Source: Squalus acanthias
Taxonomy: Eukaryota
Direction of reading: 5' to 3'
Length of the DNA: 64,000 nucleotides
Assembly (NCBI GenBank): GCA_030390025.1
Contig: CM059431.1
Span: 132,930,001 to 132,994,000 of the forward strand
Shown: positions 38,138-50,119 of the stretch, in pieces
Numbering within the stretch: position 1 is the first letter of the stretch
Layout: every line of letters begins with the position of its first letter
The notes under the pieces: model-generated
Told to the model about the DNA's origin: nothing
Seen by the model: only the letters and a program-made list of their open reading frames with translations
Database searches by the model: none
Translations under genes and position numbers: made by a program

Positions 38138-38237
38138 GAAACAAAAACTGAAGATGCTGGAAGCACTTAGCAGATCAGACAGCATCAGCGGAGAGAATAG
38201 GCAATTGAATGTTTGAGGTGTGGACCCTTGGTCAGAT
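38138..38237 (-). mobile_element. Degraded Penelope-type 3' end
   Basis: Reverse complement resembles 4604-4700. Confidence 0.45.
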
Positions 38238-39284
38238 ATTGGCACTGATGATGGCATTGGACTCTATCGTGATCCCTGCCATCTGTCTCAGGTTCTTCAA
38301 GATGGTCTTCGGTGCCTCCATGTGTATGTGATGCTCATCCAGCATCCTTCTTTTTACAACTAAACCCAAGAGAGATGAGTCCGCAGGCTTTGGAGCCAGG
38401 GCCTGACCTGCAAAGCCTTCGTTCCCCACCCTCAGATCCAACTTTCACTTCTGACTTCTCTGGCATTCTTATGTGTTGTGTCTTACTCAGTGAAAAACGC
38501 TCATTAGAACTAACTACATCACCACCCGCCCCCGCCCCCCCCACTCCCCCCCAGGTGGATTTCTCTTAACTGGTCAGTGACAGAGAAAGGCTGAAAGATG
38601 GCATGGGTCAGGATATGGCTGGTTGGGCAAAGGTGTAAAGCTGACTCCTCCTCAGTGGCATCATGTTTTGGGTTATCTAGAGAAAAAGAAAATGAAAATA
38701 TTGGGCAGCTATTTCCCAACTACCCTGACAGTTTCTCTGTAGCTTTTGAAGTTCCTGATCATGTTTGTTCCCAGTGTGTTTATGCTCCCAAACCACTGTA
38801 CAGATAAACTGCAGATGGTCCAGAAAAACTGAAGCTGCCACAGGCCCTCCTCAATCTCCATCCTCAATAGGTTTGATCGCATGGTTCCCAAGGATCTCCA
38901 AGGCTTCTTCCTCATGAGGGGTCAGTGGTCTATTGTCAGGGAGACTACTGCCTAAGATTCTCGTCAGTTATGGGCCACTTTATCCAGTGAGAGAGAAGTA
39001 GACATGAGTATTGCAGTGAGGGCTGGGCAGAGTGTTTTGTTACAACAGCAGGATACAAAAGGTTATAAGAGGAGTAGAAAGCAAGAAAGGAGAGGTGTGT
39101 GAGTTAGGGAGGCTTGCTCATGCAGAGTACACAGTGAAGGAAGGCGCGTTTCTAGGTAACAGGTGACAAAGATGGGAGATGGGATAAGAGCTTCAGGGCA
39201 CTGTCCTAGAGCACCATGAGAGTAATGAATGAAAGAGTGCCACACATATAAAGAAACAGCAAGGGAGGGTCAGGGAAGCAGGAA

Positions 39285-39500
39285 GCTTATCTTGGCAGCT
39301 CTAGTGAGGTTGTTAAACTTCTTCCTGCACTGCAAAGAAGATCTGAGGGGTCAAGGAAGGGTCACTTATGCCACAGCCATCTCCCTCCACAAAATGCATA
39401 CCACATTTTTGGTGAGACTCTGGCCCTAACTCCAAACGGACTGTTCCTTTAGCTCCCTATCTCTATAAGGAGGGCGTACAGGTCAGACTCCTTGAGTTGG
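39285..39500 (-). pseudogene. Harbinger Myb-like exon-1 remnant
   Basis: Minus strand encodes WREMAVA...QCRKKFNNLTRAAK. Confidence 0.6.
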
Positions 39501-40814
39501 CTGCTCTTATTTTGACCCTTGCTGCCAACCTTCTCACCCAAGTTGCCTGCTTTCTCCAGTGCTGCCATTTACTCCTTTAAGCAACAGCAGGTTTTATAAC
39601 CTCCTGCTGATCCAGGGTCTCTGTCTCTCCTCTGGCTATTTCCGGCCCCTCTATCTGGCAACCATTCAGAGATTCATTTTAACCCTTCCAGCAGTGCAGA
39701 AAAATGTACTCATCAAGGCCTTGTTGGGCTCCAGGGGCTCCCATCAAGTTTACCTTTTCTGGATGTGGTATTTAGGAATGTGTCAAAGGTTGACCTTTAC
39801 ACTCGATAGATTGATAAGTCCACTTTTAAAGCCACTTTTCAGCCAATAAAGACAGAGTTTCTTTTTTTTTAAGTTGCCCCTACCTACAAAATTGAAAGTG
39901 AGAATTGGAAGGAAGCAGAAAGAGGATAAGTAAAACATTTTAACATTAGTTTTAAAGTCAGATAATAGTCAGAAAAGATAGATTTGGCTGATTTTGGCAG
40001 AAAAAAGTGAAAATTAAAAGAAATAAGAATAGTACAAAAAGACAATGAGAAACAAAAAAGAACTGTTTAGATTTTTATTTTTTCAATTAACTTATATTTC
40101 AAATCCTTATTTTAGTAATTTAAACTTAATACAATAATAAGACTAGTGCTGACATTGGAGTATCCTGGCATTTGTATCAAGTTACAGTGCATGAGCTAAA
40201 AACTTACAAAACCGGTCGGTCCATGGAAAAGGGAATTTCCCTGGATCTTCAAGCAGTTTAAGAGCTAAAATGATGCTGTTAGATCAATGATTTATATATG
40301 GTTTTATAACAAACCCTAAACATTCATAAAATAGCATAATCATTTTTTTAAATGATAGAACCATTTTCTTAAAGGAATTGTATTGTCTTTTTATGAAAAT
40401 TCCACTGAGCAAAATCAGGGATGTCCAGCATGGAGGAAGCACAATGGCGAGGGAATTGCTTCAGTTGCTGTGCACAGTGACAGAGCAATTCTTCGCTCGG
40501 CGAGGCAAGTGGCCCGATATTCATTTCTTCAACTGGGTGAGCTGCCTGTGGAGGCGAGACAGGCACCAGAAACTCACCCAATTAATATTAATGAGGCCCC
40601 ACGCCCAATTTCAGGCCGACCTCGGGCCTCCTATTTTGGGCGTGTGTTGCAGATGTATCGTGCCTTCGCGCCCGAAACTGGGCACCGATGAATTTATACC
40701 TCCTAGCTGTTCTCTGTTAAGCCCTCCATGGCCGTGCCCCACCCTAATTCTGCTCCAGTCCCAAATCCTCTCTTGAATCCTCTAACCTCTGTGTTCTTTA
40801 CACTGCCGCCCCCA

Positions 40815-40960
40815 CCCCCACCCCCGCTTTCCTTCACCATTGGTAAAAGAGACTTTAGCTGCCTCAGTCCTAATCTTTGGATCTGCCTCCCTAAACCTTT
40901 CTGCCACTGCATCTCTCTCTCTCCATCTTTAAAACCTCCTCAAAAACCATCTCTTTAACT
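40815..40960 (+). mobile_element. Degraded L2 3' fragment
   Basis: Similar to 49895-50000. Confidence 0.5.
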
Positions 40961-41039
40961 TAGTTTTCGGTCACTCCTACTATTCTCTTCTGGGTACCGT
41001 GGGATTTTCTTTATATTAATAGTGCCCCATAATCGCAAG

Positions 41040-43260
41040 GGCCTAGAAATTCGATTGCGGTGGAAACTGGGCACGCAGGGGACGGGGTGCACACTGTTCA
41101 CGCCTGTTAGTGGTGTCCCATGCAGCACATAATATTCACGCTGCAAGCTCATTTATGAGTCAGGTGTGCAGCCAGTGCTACCTGCGCTATTCATTGGCTG
41201 TCCGTCTGTTTGGAGGGGCCAGAAATCGGGTGTCACGCCACTTAAAGGCAGCCAGCACCCTTTAAAGTAACAGAAATGGCTGCAGCAAGGACTGAGAGGG
41301 CACCAAGGTTTTCTGATGCTGCCTTCGAGGCCCTGGTGCAGGCAGTGGATGGGAGAAGGGAAATCCTGTTGCCCCTAGGGGGTAAAAACAACTCCACTGT
41401 CAGTGGCAAGAGATGGCAGAGGAAGTGAATGCAAGAAGCCTAGCTCCCAGGACATAGCTTCAATGCCACAGAAAGTTCAAAAACCTTACCAGAGTCTTCA
41501 ATAAGAATACTGCTCTCTTACTCTCTATTCACACCTCCACCACCTCTAGCCTCACTACTTACAATACTCTCCTGCCCCACTTCCCTTCACTCTCCTACAA
41601 TCACTGCACCACATTTCACTCCACCTTATTCTCCTCATGCTCACATACTCACCACTATTCCAACCCTCACTTTCCCACACCTCACATCTTCTACAAACTA
41701 CATACCAACTATTTTACCATGACAGGCGCACTCTCTAAACACCTCACATGACTGTCACTAACACACGCCCTTTTTTGCCGGAGAAGGTCACCCACAACCT
41801 GAGACAGGAGGCTGGCACTGTGAGAGGCCGAGCCCACCTGCACACCCTCTCCTCCGTCGAAGTGAATGGGCAGGGGCGGAGTGATGGCCACGGTGACTGG
41901 CAACGCTGGATTTCTTCACAACTTATCATCTTTTTCCCTACTTAACTCTATCTCACCCTACACACCAGCCACTTCTTTCTTTGCTCTCCCTTCACACTAA
42001 AAGTTAACCCTTGCCTCTCTTTTTCATGTCATGGGCTGAACATGTAGACGCTCCCCTGCCACGTCAGGCAGATGAAGGCGCCCTCCTAAAGATGATGCAT
42101 TACTCCATCTGACCTTAGCAGCACCAGCTCAGAGACTGGCACCATGGGTACTTTAGAGACTAGGCTGCAGGAGGGGTCTTCATGTCATGAATTACCGGCT
42201 GTCAGTGTGCAGAAGCTAGGCCATGGGGTTAGGATGCCACAGGTGCTAGCTCTCATCAGGTCGTGATCATATACTAGCTCTGCTGTAGAAGACTTAGATA
42301 CAGACTTGGAGAGCCCAGAATAGTGAAGATGGCTGATGGGCATACATCAGGAAATGCTCGGTGCACTGGGCAGCCTGCCAGCGAGCTTGCACACAATGGC
42401 TCAGAGCATGGAGGGGTCCAGCTCCAACTTGTGTCAAGGCTTCACCAGAGCATGGAGACCATTCTTTCCAACATGGAACTAATGGTCTGCTCCAGGAACA
42501 TGACATTGGCGTCCACCATGATTGAGTCTCTGCTGACAGCTGTGACAGCTTCCATGCAGCTCACACTGCTACCATTGACGTTCAGACAGCTGCCATCTTG
42601 GCCAATGTTAACAGGAACCTCCAAAGCATCACATCAGTCCTGCACTCTGTTCTCATGCAGAGCTGGAGGTGTCCTGAGGCGCAGTCCCAAGAGAGTGGTC
42701 TTGGCTCCATGGTAGAGGAACCTGCTATCCTCTTAGTATGACAGAATGCCTGCTCTCCCGCCAGCCATTCTGCCAGTGCCCTTGTTAGTACCAAACAGCC
42801 AGCTGGACCAGACTGCCCTGGCCCACACCAAGATGCTACAGGCGGACTGTCAAGGCACACAGCTGCTCGAGGTCACCCACCATGGCCATCTGACGTGTCC
42901 TCAATTGAAGTACGCCAACCAACGTTCCCTACAAGGCCGCGCACCTCTCTGCCAGTCCCGCGCAGCCCGGGACCGGCTTTTTCAATATAAAGTTTCGAAA
43001 CTCTATGGGGCGCACAGCCACTTAAAGGGGCCGCACACCAACTAAAACTATCTGCTCGATTATATTTCTGGTGGTGGCATGGTTCTCACTGTAGGCCACC
43101 TCTGCCTGCTGTGCCCGAATTCCTGACAGGAGTCACGAACCATGTCTGTAGGGGATAGTCACTTAGTCGCCAGCCTGTGACCTGATGGCCTGGTTGGAAC
43201 AAAGGTGGCACAGAGGACTGAAGTAGGATGAATGAATCATGAAGCCCCAGCATCTTGAAT
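41040..43260. mobile_element. Degraded Harbinger element (G): Myb-like gene (+, 41276-~42915) and transposase fragment (-, ~43085-43255); hAT-MITE-like piece at ~42920-43050
   Basis: End GGCCTAGAAATT is identical to the Myb-side end of element H; MAAARTERAPRFSDAAFEALVQAV; HDSFILLQSSVPPLF...YPLQTWFVTPVRN. Confidence 0.75.
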
Positions 43261-43269
43261 CTTGCCCTG

Positions 43270-44343
43270 AGAGACTCCTGTAAATTGCAACCTAAGATCT
43301 CAATAGTCACATCATTCAGGGGAAAAGCTGGATCTGGGCTTTGGACCTTTGGCTGCGCGGACTCCCCTACATATAACCTTAGATTTGCCACATGCTCTGT
43401 AATGACCTGGAGGTCTGTGAATCTGTCCTGTCCTGCTGCAGTGATATCAGACCTGTAGTTTTGAATATTACCCAACAGTCTTCGCAGGGTTCCATGAACA
43501 TTCTCAAAGGACCGAAAGAAGTGGCTCTGTTGATCTATCAACTCTTTTCTATAGACAGCTCCTGTAAGGTAAGCATTCGTGAGCCCTGCAGCAGAGCAAC
43601 ATCTGCAGCTGGCCCTGCACTTAGCTGTTTTGGGGCCCTCAGCTGCCCCCTCCACTTCTTCATCATCACTTGTGCTGTATGAATCTTTTAATGGTTCCTC
43701 CTGGCTAACCTTCTCTATATTGCCCAAGGTAGATTTCTTTGAGCTGGTGGCTGCGCAAGGTAAACTGGGTCATCCTGTTGCTGTGATTAAGTGGGCTCTT
43801 GTGCATCATTGGAAATCCCTGTAGAAAGAGGAAACATATGTTACAATTGCCAAAACGTGAAAAGGTTGTGATGCAGATAACATGTCAAGACATTACGTGC
43901 CATGCTGCTGCTGTGCATTGTATACCAGCGATTTAGTGAGTGAGTGAGTTTGCAGGAGGAACAATAAGACTAAGAAGGATACAAGTTCTGAGGGCACAGA
44001 AAGCTGCTAAGCTCCCTTTCCTCCAATCCCTAAAGGTAGTCTACCCATAATATATAGGCCAGCTTCTTCATGTCTGTTGAGTGGATGAAGATTGGGAGCA
44101 CTGTACTGGTTGCAGTGGTTATGGACCATCTTCTCCTGCAAACAGATACAAAACATATAAATGTTAGAATACGTAATAGCAAAGAATACCACCTCGGTGG
44201 ACAGCCTTCATCTCACCTTCTGTGAATGCAGGATAATTCAGCAAACAAGTCATTTCTGTTGACTATGTGCATTGGGGGAGTCACATGATAAATTTGTATG
44301 AGACATTATCTGCATATTTCAGTGCCAGCTATAAAGTGCAACC
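43270..44343 (-). pseudogene. Old Harbinger Myb-like gene remnant (continues at 47490 after the CR1)
   Basis: TTGCAG|GAGAAGATGGTCCATAAC exon-2 start at ~44136; intron homologous to 37290-37380. Confidence 0.55.
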
Positions 44344-44943
44344 TATGGAATAAAGGGGACAGTGGCAGCATGGATACAAAATTGGCTAAGTGACAGAAAA
44401 CAGCGAGTAGTGGTGAACAATTGTTTATCGGACTGGAGGAAGGTATACAGTGGTGTTCCCCAGGGGTCGCTACTAGGACCACTGCTTTTCTTGATATATA
44501 TTAATGACTTAGACTTGGGTGTACAGGGCACAATTTCAAAATTTGCAGATGACACAAAACTTGGAAGTATAGTGAACAGTGAGGAGGATAGTGATAGACT
44601 TCAAGAGGACATAGACAGTCTGGTGGAATGGGCGGACACGTGGCAGGTGAAATTTAATGCAGAAAAGTGCAAAGTGATACATTTTGGTAGGAAGAACGAG
44701 GAGAGACAATATAAACTAAAGGGTACAATCCTAAAGGGGGTGCATGAACAGAGAGACCTGGGGGCATATGTGCACAAATTGTTGAAGGTGGCAGGGCCGG
44801 TTGAGAAAGCGGTTAAAAAAGCATACGGGATCCTGGGCTTCATAAATAGAGGTCATGATGCGGAGATGCCGGTGTTGGACTGGGGTGGACAAAATTGAGA
44901 GGTCGCACAACACCAGGTTATAGTCCAACAGTTTTATTTGAAA

Positions 44944-44981
44944 TCACAAGCTTTCGGAGCTATCGCTCCTTCCTCAGGTGA
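44944..44981 (-). ncRNA. Minimal hammerhead ribozyme motif (mirror copy)
   Basis: Exact reverse complement of 46768-46805. Confidence 0.75.
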
Positions 44982-45316
44982 AGTAAATTGGATACAGAAT
45001 CGCCAGAGCATATATAGATGGAAAAAAAAAGCATGTGTACTTTACAATTGCAGACCAATAAATTAAATCATCCTGACTATCTGCCGAGGTGTGATAAAGT
45101 TAATTAAGTCAGCCAGGAAGGTACCACATCAAAAGACATAGCAAGATACAACTGAGACAATGAGGTGTAGTCGCAGGGGTTCCAACGTGTCAAAAGCTGC
45201 CGTCTGTATGTAAAACGAAAAGCTTTAAAAAAAAATTTACTTTTTTACTGGGAAAATTTTTACTTTTTTACTGGGAATCACATCTGTGAACAAGCTAACG
45301 ACGACTCGAGTCCGGA

Positions 45317-45874
45317 TCACGTCATGTATCGTGACATAAACCCAAGATCCCGATTGAGACCGTCTTCATGAGTGCGGAACTTGGCTATCAGTTTCTGCTC
45401 GATGATTTTGCGTTGTCGTGTGTTTCTAAGGTTGCCTTGGAGAACGCTTACCCGCAGATCCGAGGCTGAATGTCCTTGACTGCTGAAGTGTTCCCCGACT
45501 GGGAGGTAACAATCCTGCCTGGCGATTGTTGCGCGGTGCTCGTTCATACGTTGTCTCAGTGTCTGCATGGTCTCGCCGATGTACCATGCCGCGGTGCATT
45601 CTTTCCTGCAACGTATGAGGTAGACAACGTTGGCCGAGTCACATGAGTATGTACCATGTACCTGGTGGGTAGTGTCCTCACGTGTGATGGTGGTATCTGT
45701 GTTGATGATCTGGCATGTCTTGCAGAGTTTGCCATGGCAGGGTTGTGTGGTGTCGTGGTCGCTGTTATCCTGAAAGCTGGGTAATTTGCTGCGAACGATG
45801 GTACTTCTGAGGTTAGGCGGCTGTTTGAAGGCAAGTAGTGGAGGCGTGGGGATGGCCTTAGCGAGGTGTTTGTC
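45317..45874 (-). CDS. Truncated Penelope ORF C-terminus: Cys-rich linker and GIY-YIG endonuclease (left arm)
   Basis: PCHGKLCKTC, NVVYLIRC...WYIGET...RQRMNEH, GLN; no native start codon. Confidence 0.85.
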   Translation of the reverse strand, partial: DKHLAKAIPTPPLLAFKQPPNLRSTIVRSKLPSFQDNSDHDTTQPCHGKLCKTCQIINTDTTITREDTTHQVHGTYSCDSANVVYLIRCRKECTAAWYIGETMQTLRQRMNEHRATIARQDCYLPVGEHFSSQGHSASDLRVSVLQGNLRNTRQRKIIEQKLIAKFRTHEDGLNRDLGFMSRYMT

Positions 45875-46432
45875 GACAAACACCTCGCTAAGGCCATCCC
45901 CACGCCTCCACTACTTGCCTTCAAACAGCCGCCTAACCTCAGAAGTACCATCGTTCGCAGCAAATTACCCAGCTTTCAGGATAACAGCGACCACGACACC
46001 ACACAACCCTGCCATGGCAAACTCTGCAAGACATGCCAGATCATCAACACAGATACCACCATCACACGTGAGGACACTACCCACCAGGTACATGGTACAT
46101 ACTCATGTGACTCGGCCAACGTTGTCTACCTCATACGTTGCAGGAAAGAATGCACCGCGGCATGGTACATCGGCGAGACCATGCAGACACTGAGACAACG
46201 TATGAACGAGCACCGCGCAACAATCGCCAGGCAGGATTGTTACCTCCCAGTCGGGGAACACTTCAGCAGTCAAGGACATTCAGCCTCGGATCTGCGGGTA
46301 AGCGTTCTCCAAGGCAACCTTAGAAACACACGACAACGCAAAATCATCGAGCAGAAACTGATAGCCAAGTTCCGCACTCATGAAGACGGTCTCAATCGGG
46401 ATCTTGGGTTTATGTCACGATACATGACGTGA
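45875..46432 (+). CDS. Truncated Penelope ORF C-terminus: Cys-rich linker and GIY-YIG endonuclease (right arm)
   Basis: Translation identical to the left arm. Confidence 0.85.
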   Translation, partial: DKHLAKAIPTPPLLAFKQPPNLRSTIVRSKLPSFQDNSDHDTTQPCHGKLCKTCQIINTDTTITREDTTHQVHGTYSCDSANVVYLIRCRKECTAAWYIGETMQTLRQRMNEHRATIARQDCYLPVGEHFSSQGHSASDLRVSVLQGNLRNTRQRKIIEQKLIAKFRTHEDGLNRDLGFMSRYMT

Positions 46433-46767
46433 TCCGGACTCGAGTCGTCGTTAGCTTGTTCACAGATGTGATTCCCAGTAAAAAAGTAAAAATTTTCCCA
46501 GTAAAAAAGTAAAATTTTTTTTAAAGCTTTTCGTTTTACATACAGACGGCAGCTTTTGACACGTTGGAACCCCTGCGACTACACCTCATTGTCTCAGTTG
46601 TATCTTGCTATGTCTTTTGATGTGGTACCTTCCTGGCTGACTTAATTAACTTTATCACACCTCGGCAGATAGTCAGGATGATTTAATTTATTGGTCTGCA
46701 ATTGTAAAGTACACATGCTTTTTTTTTCCATCTATATATGCTCTGGCGATTCTGTATCCAATTTACT

Positions 46768-46805
46768 TCACCTGAGGAAGGAGCGATAGCTCCGAAAGCT
46801 TGTGA
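46768..46805 (+). ncRNA. Minimal hammerhead ribozyme motif
   Basis: TCAC-CTGAGGA-A-GGAGC(GATA)GCTCC-GAAA-GCTT-GTGA, with palindromic AAGCTT. Confidence 0.75.
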
Positions 46806-47649
46806 TTTCAAATAAAACTGTTGGACTATAACCTGGTGTTGTGCGACCTCTCAATTTCATAAATAGAGGCATAGAATACAAAAGCAAGGAAGTTATGATG
46901 AACCTTTATAAAACACTGGTTCGGCCTCAACTGGAATATTGTGTCCAATTCTGGGCACCGCACTTTAGGAAGGATGTGAAGGCCTTAGAGAGGGTGCAGA
47001 AAAGATTTACAAGAATAGTTCCAGGGATGAGGGATTTCAGTTACATGAAGAGACTGGAGAAGCTGGGGTTGTTCTCCTTAGAGCAGAGAAGGTTGAGAGG
47101 AGATTTGATAGAGGTGTTCAAAATCATGAGGGGTCCAGACAAGAGTAGATAGAGAGAAACTGTTCCCATTGGCGGAAGGGTCTAGAACCAGAGGACACAA
47201 ATTTAAGGTGATTGCCAAAAGAACCAAAGGCGACATGAGGAAAAACTTTTTTACGCAGCAAGTGGTTAGGATCTGGAATGCACTGCCTGAAAGGGTGGTG
47301 GAGGCAGATTCAATCGTGGCTTTCAAAAGGGAATTGGATAAGTATCTGAAGGAAAAAAAATTGCAGGGTTACGAGGAAAGGGTGGGGGAGTGGGAATAGC
47401 TGAAGTGCTCTTGCAGAGAGCCGGCACAGGCTCGACGGGCTGAATGGCCTCCTTCTGTGCTGTAACCATTCTATGATTCTATGATTCTAGTCATATGAGC
47501 ATGGGAGTGCATGTAGTACAGAACTGAAAGAGGGCCTTACACACAACTTGATGAAATGACACATGTATCCTGCACCAAAAATATACGTAGTGATAGAAAT
47601 TGGACCTCGATGCACCTAACTAACAGGTATAAAACTAGCACAATGAGGC

Positions 47650-48233
47650 ACAATTTCAGGGTCCAAAATTCTGGGTGCCATGGACGCCTAAAAATGTCCA
47701 ACCCAAAATTGGGCTGTGCCATTTTTCCGGCGTCCAGGGCGGCCGCCTAAAACAGGCATTGGCCCCTTGCATGTGCTAATGAGGGGCCTAACGTCTGTTT
47801 TAGGATCCCTCTGCTAAATTTGGCTGCCCTGCGTCAGATGTTGGGCCTGTTCTCCTCAGGTTTTCTGAACATGGATGCAGCCTAGCCAGCAGCAGGTAAG
47901 AATAATAATTATTTTTTAAATTGATATAAAGCCAGGAGGAGCAGTAGTGCCAATCCTGGCTCCACAGCACTTCTGACAGCCAATGTTGCGCGATTGGCCC
48001 CATCTTGCTGTACTCCCGGTACTTACCTGAGCACCACTGCTTTTAGTTGGATCCTTCAGTTGGGCAAGCTGCCTTTGGAAGCACAACAGGTACCGATGGT
48101 AGCTCGCCGTGATTAGGTAGATGAGGCCCAAGGACCAATTTGTCACTATCCCTGGGCTTCTGTCTGTGGGCACAGGGCTAGTTCCCTGCCTCCATTTGGA
48201 GCTTCAAAGTTGGCTTAAACTAATTTCTAGGCC
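47650..48233. mobile_element. Non-autonomous Harbinger-like element
   Basis: Right end AATTTCTAGGCC is identical to the end of element H; GC-rich subterminal region on the left. Confidence 0.45.
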
Positions 48234-48239
48234 ACACTC

Positions 48240-48740
48240 TCTGCATATGTGTGCTATTTTTTCCCTTTCCCTCTTTGAGTCTCTATGGTTCTCTCTATCC
48301 ATGTGCATCTGTGCTTCTTTCTCTCCTATTCTTGGTATCGGCAGGGTTCTTATCTTTCTCTTTTCTATCTGTGATGTCCTCTTTCTGTGTATTTGTGTTT
48401 TTTTCTCTTTCTCTATTTATTTATGTTTTTCTCTTTATTTCTCTCCCTTCCTGAGGTCTTCTCTATCTACGGTTTTCCATTTGTTTGTCTCTATCGATGC
48501 TCTTCTCTCTCTTTCCTATCTCTTATGTAATTTTTTCTTTTGCTCTCTTTTTTTAAATCTTTTTATCTGCATCTGCAGTTTTCTCTTTCTTTCCCTCTGT
48601 GTCTAGTTTTCTCATTTTTGCTCTGTATCTGTGGTTTTATCTCTCTCTCCCCCTATTTGTCAATCTGTGGTTCTCTCTGTCTCTGTGTGTATCTGCAGCT
48701 CCTTCTTAGTCCCTGGGTCTGCCTTGCTCGTCTATCTATC
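48240..48740. repeat. CT-rich low-complexity tract
   Basis: Degenerate (TC)n/T-rich composition. Confidence 0.85.
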
Positions 48741-49134
48741 AGTTATAGTTGCAATTTGTTTACAACACAGAAGGAGCCCATTCAGCTCACCAAGGCTCTT
48801 TTCTAAAACAGCCCAGTGCTAATCCCACTGACCTGCTCTGATTAAATTGCAGTTGTAACTGGATCTCAATAAAAGCAAATACTTTGTTCACAGCACCTAT
48901 TATACGGTATTGCTGCAGAATCAGAACAGATTAGTATTACAAGCATGAAACTGGCCAACAACGCTCGAACACAACCCCACTCACCTCCTAAAATCCACCA
49001 GTCAAGCCAACCAAAATTGTATTCTCTTCTTTTTGGTAAGAAGTTACAAAAGACGCTCCTCTGCTATTCTGACTTGCCACCACAGAACCAGGGCAAGTAG
49101 TGCTGCTGCTGATAAATCCATCTTTTATAATGTG

Positions 49135-50119
49135 GGTTCCTATTTCTTGTCAACATGCTGCCCATCGGTGACATCATCCGAAAACACAACATCAGATTCC
49201 ACATGTACGCTGACGACACCCAGGCCTACTTCATCACCACTTCTCTCGACCCCCTCCACTGCTTCTGATTTGTCACACTGCTTGTCTGACATTCAGTATT
49301 GGATGAGCAGAAATTTCCTCCAATTAAATATTGGGAAGACCGAAACTATTGTCTTCGATCCCTACCAGAAACTCCGTTCCCTAGTCACCAACTCCATCCC
49401 TCTCACTGGCCACTGTCTGAGGCTGAACCAGACTGTTCGAAACCTCGGCATCCTATTTGACCCAGAGTTGAGCTTCTGATCCCATATCCTCTCCATCACT
49501 TCCACCTCCGTAATATCGCCCATCTCCGCCCGGCCTCGGCCCATCTGCTGTTGAAAACCTCACCCATGCTTTTGTTGCCTCCAGGCTCGACTATTCCAAT
49601 GCTCTCCTGATTGGCTTCCCAGCTTCCACCCTCCATAAATTTCAGCTCATCGAAAACTCTGCTGCCCGTATCCCAACTCACACCGAATCCCGTTCACCCA
49701 TCATCCCTGTGCTCGCTGACCTACATTGGCTCCCGTTCCAGCAACGGCTCAAATTTTAAATGCTTACACTTGTGTTTAAATCTATCCTGTGGCCTCACTC
49801 CTCCCTATCTCTGTAACCTCCTCCAGCCCTCCGAAAACTCTGCCTTCCTCCAATTCTGGCCTCTTGTGCATCCCCAATTTCCTTTGCCCTACGTATGCAC
49901 CTTCAACTGTCTAGGCCGATGTTCTGGAATTCCCTCCCTAAACCTCTCTGCCTCTCTACCTCTGCACTCCTTTAAGATGGTCCTTAAAACCTACCTCTTG
50001 CCTGTCCTAATAGCTTCTTATGTGGCTTGTTATCAAAGTTTGTTTTATAACGCTCCTGTGAAGCACCTTGGGATATTGTACTATGTTAAAGGTGCTATAT
50101 AAATGCAAGTTGTTGTTGT
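49135..50119 (+). mobile_element. L2 LINE 3' fragment
   Basis: [43 protein letters not shown]; tail AAAGGTGCTATATAAATGCAAG(TTG)n. Confidence 0.9.

Larger units (their letters stand above)
44853..46855. mobile_element. Penelope-like (Neptune-type) insertion forming a head-to-head palindrome
   Basis: Arms 44892-45874 and 45875-46857 centred on GTC|GAC; 39-nt extension 44853-44891; TSD TTCATAAATAGAGG at 44839-44852 and 46856-46869. Confidence 0.95.
44344..47489 (+). mobile_element. 5'-truncated CR1 LINE (44344-44852 and 46856-47489) split by the Penelope palindrome
   Basis: GVPQGSLLGP, KFADDTK; GFINRG|IEYKSK is restored when the insert is removed; ATTCTATG tail. Confidence 0.95.

Noticed and set aside
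45556..46193. Identical 135-aa and 188-aa ORFs on both strands as real genes
   Set aside because: Their starts are created by reading across the palindrome centre; only the GIY-YIG frame is meaningful and it is 5'-truncated.
48121..48822. Hydrophobic Phe/Leu/Ser-rich ORFs resembling membrane proteins
   Set aside because: They are translations of a CT-rich low-complexity tract.
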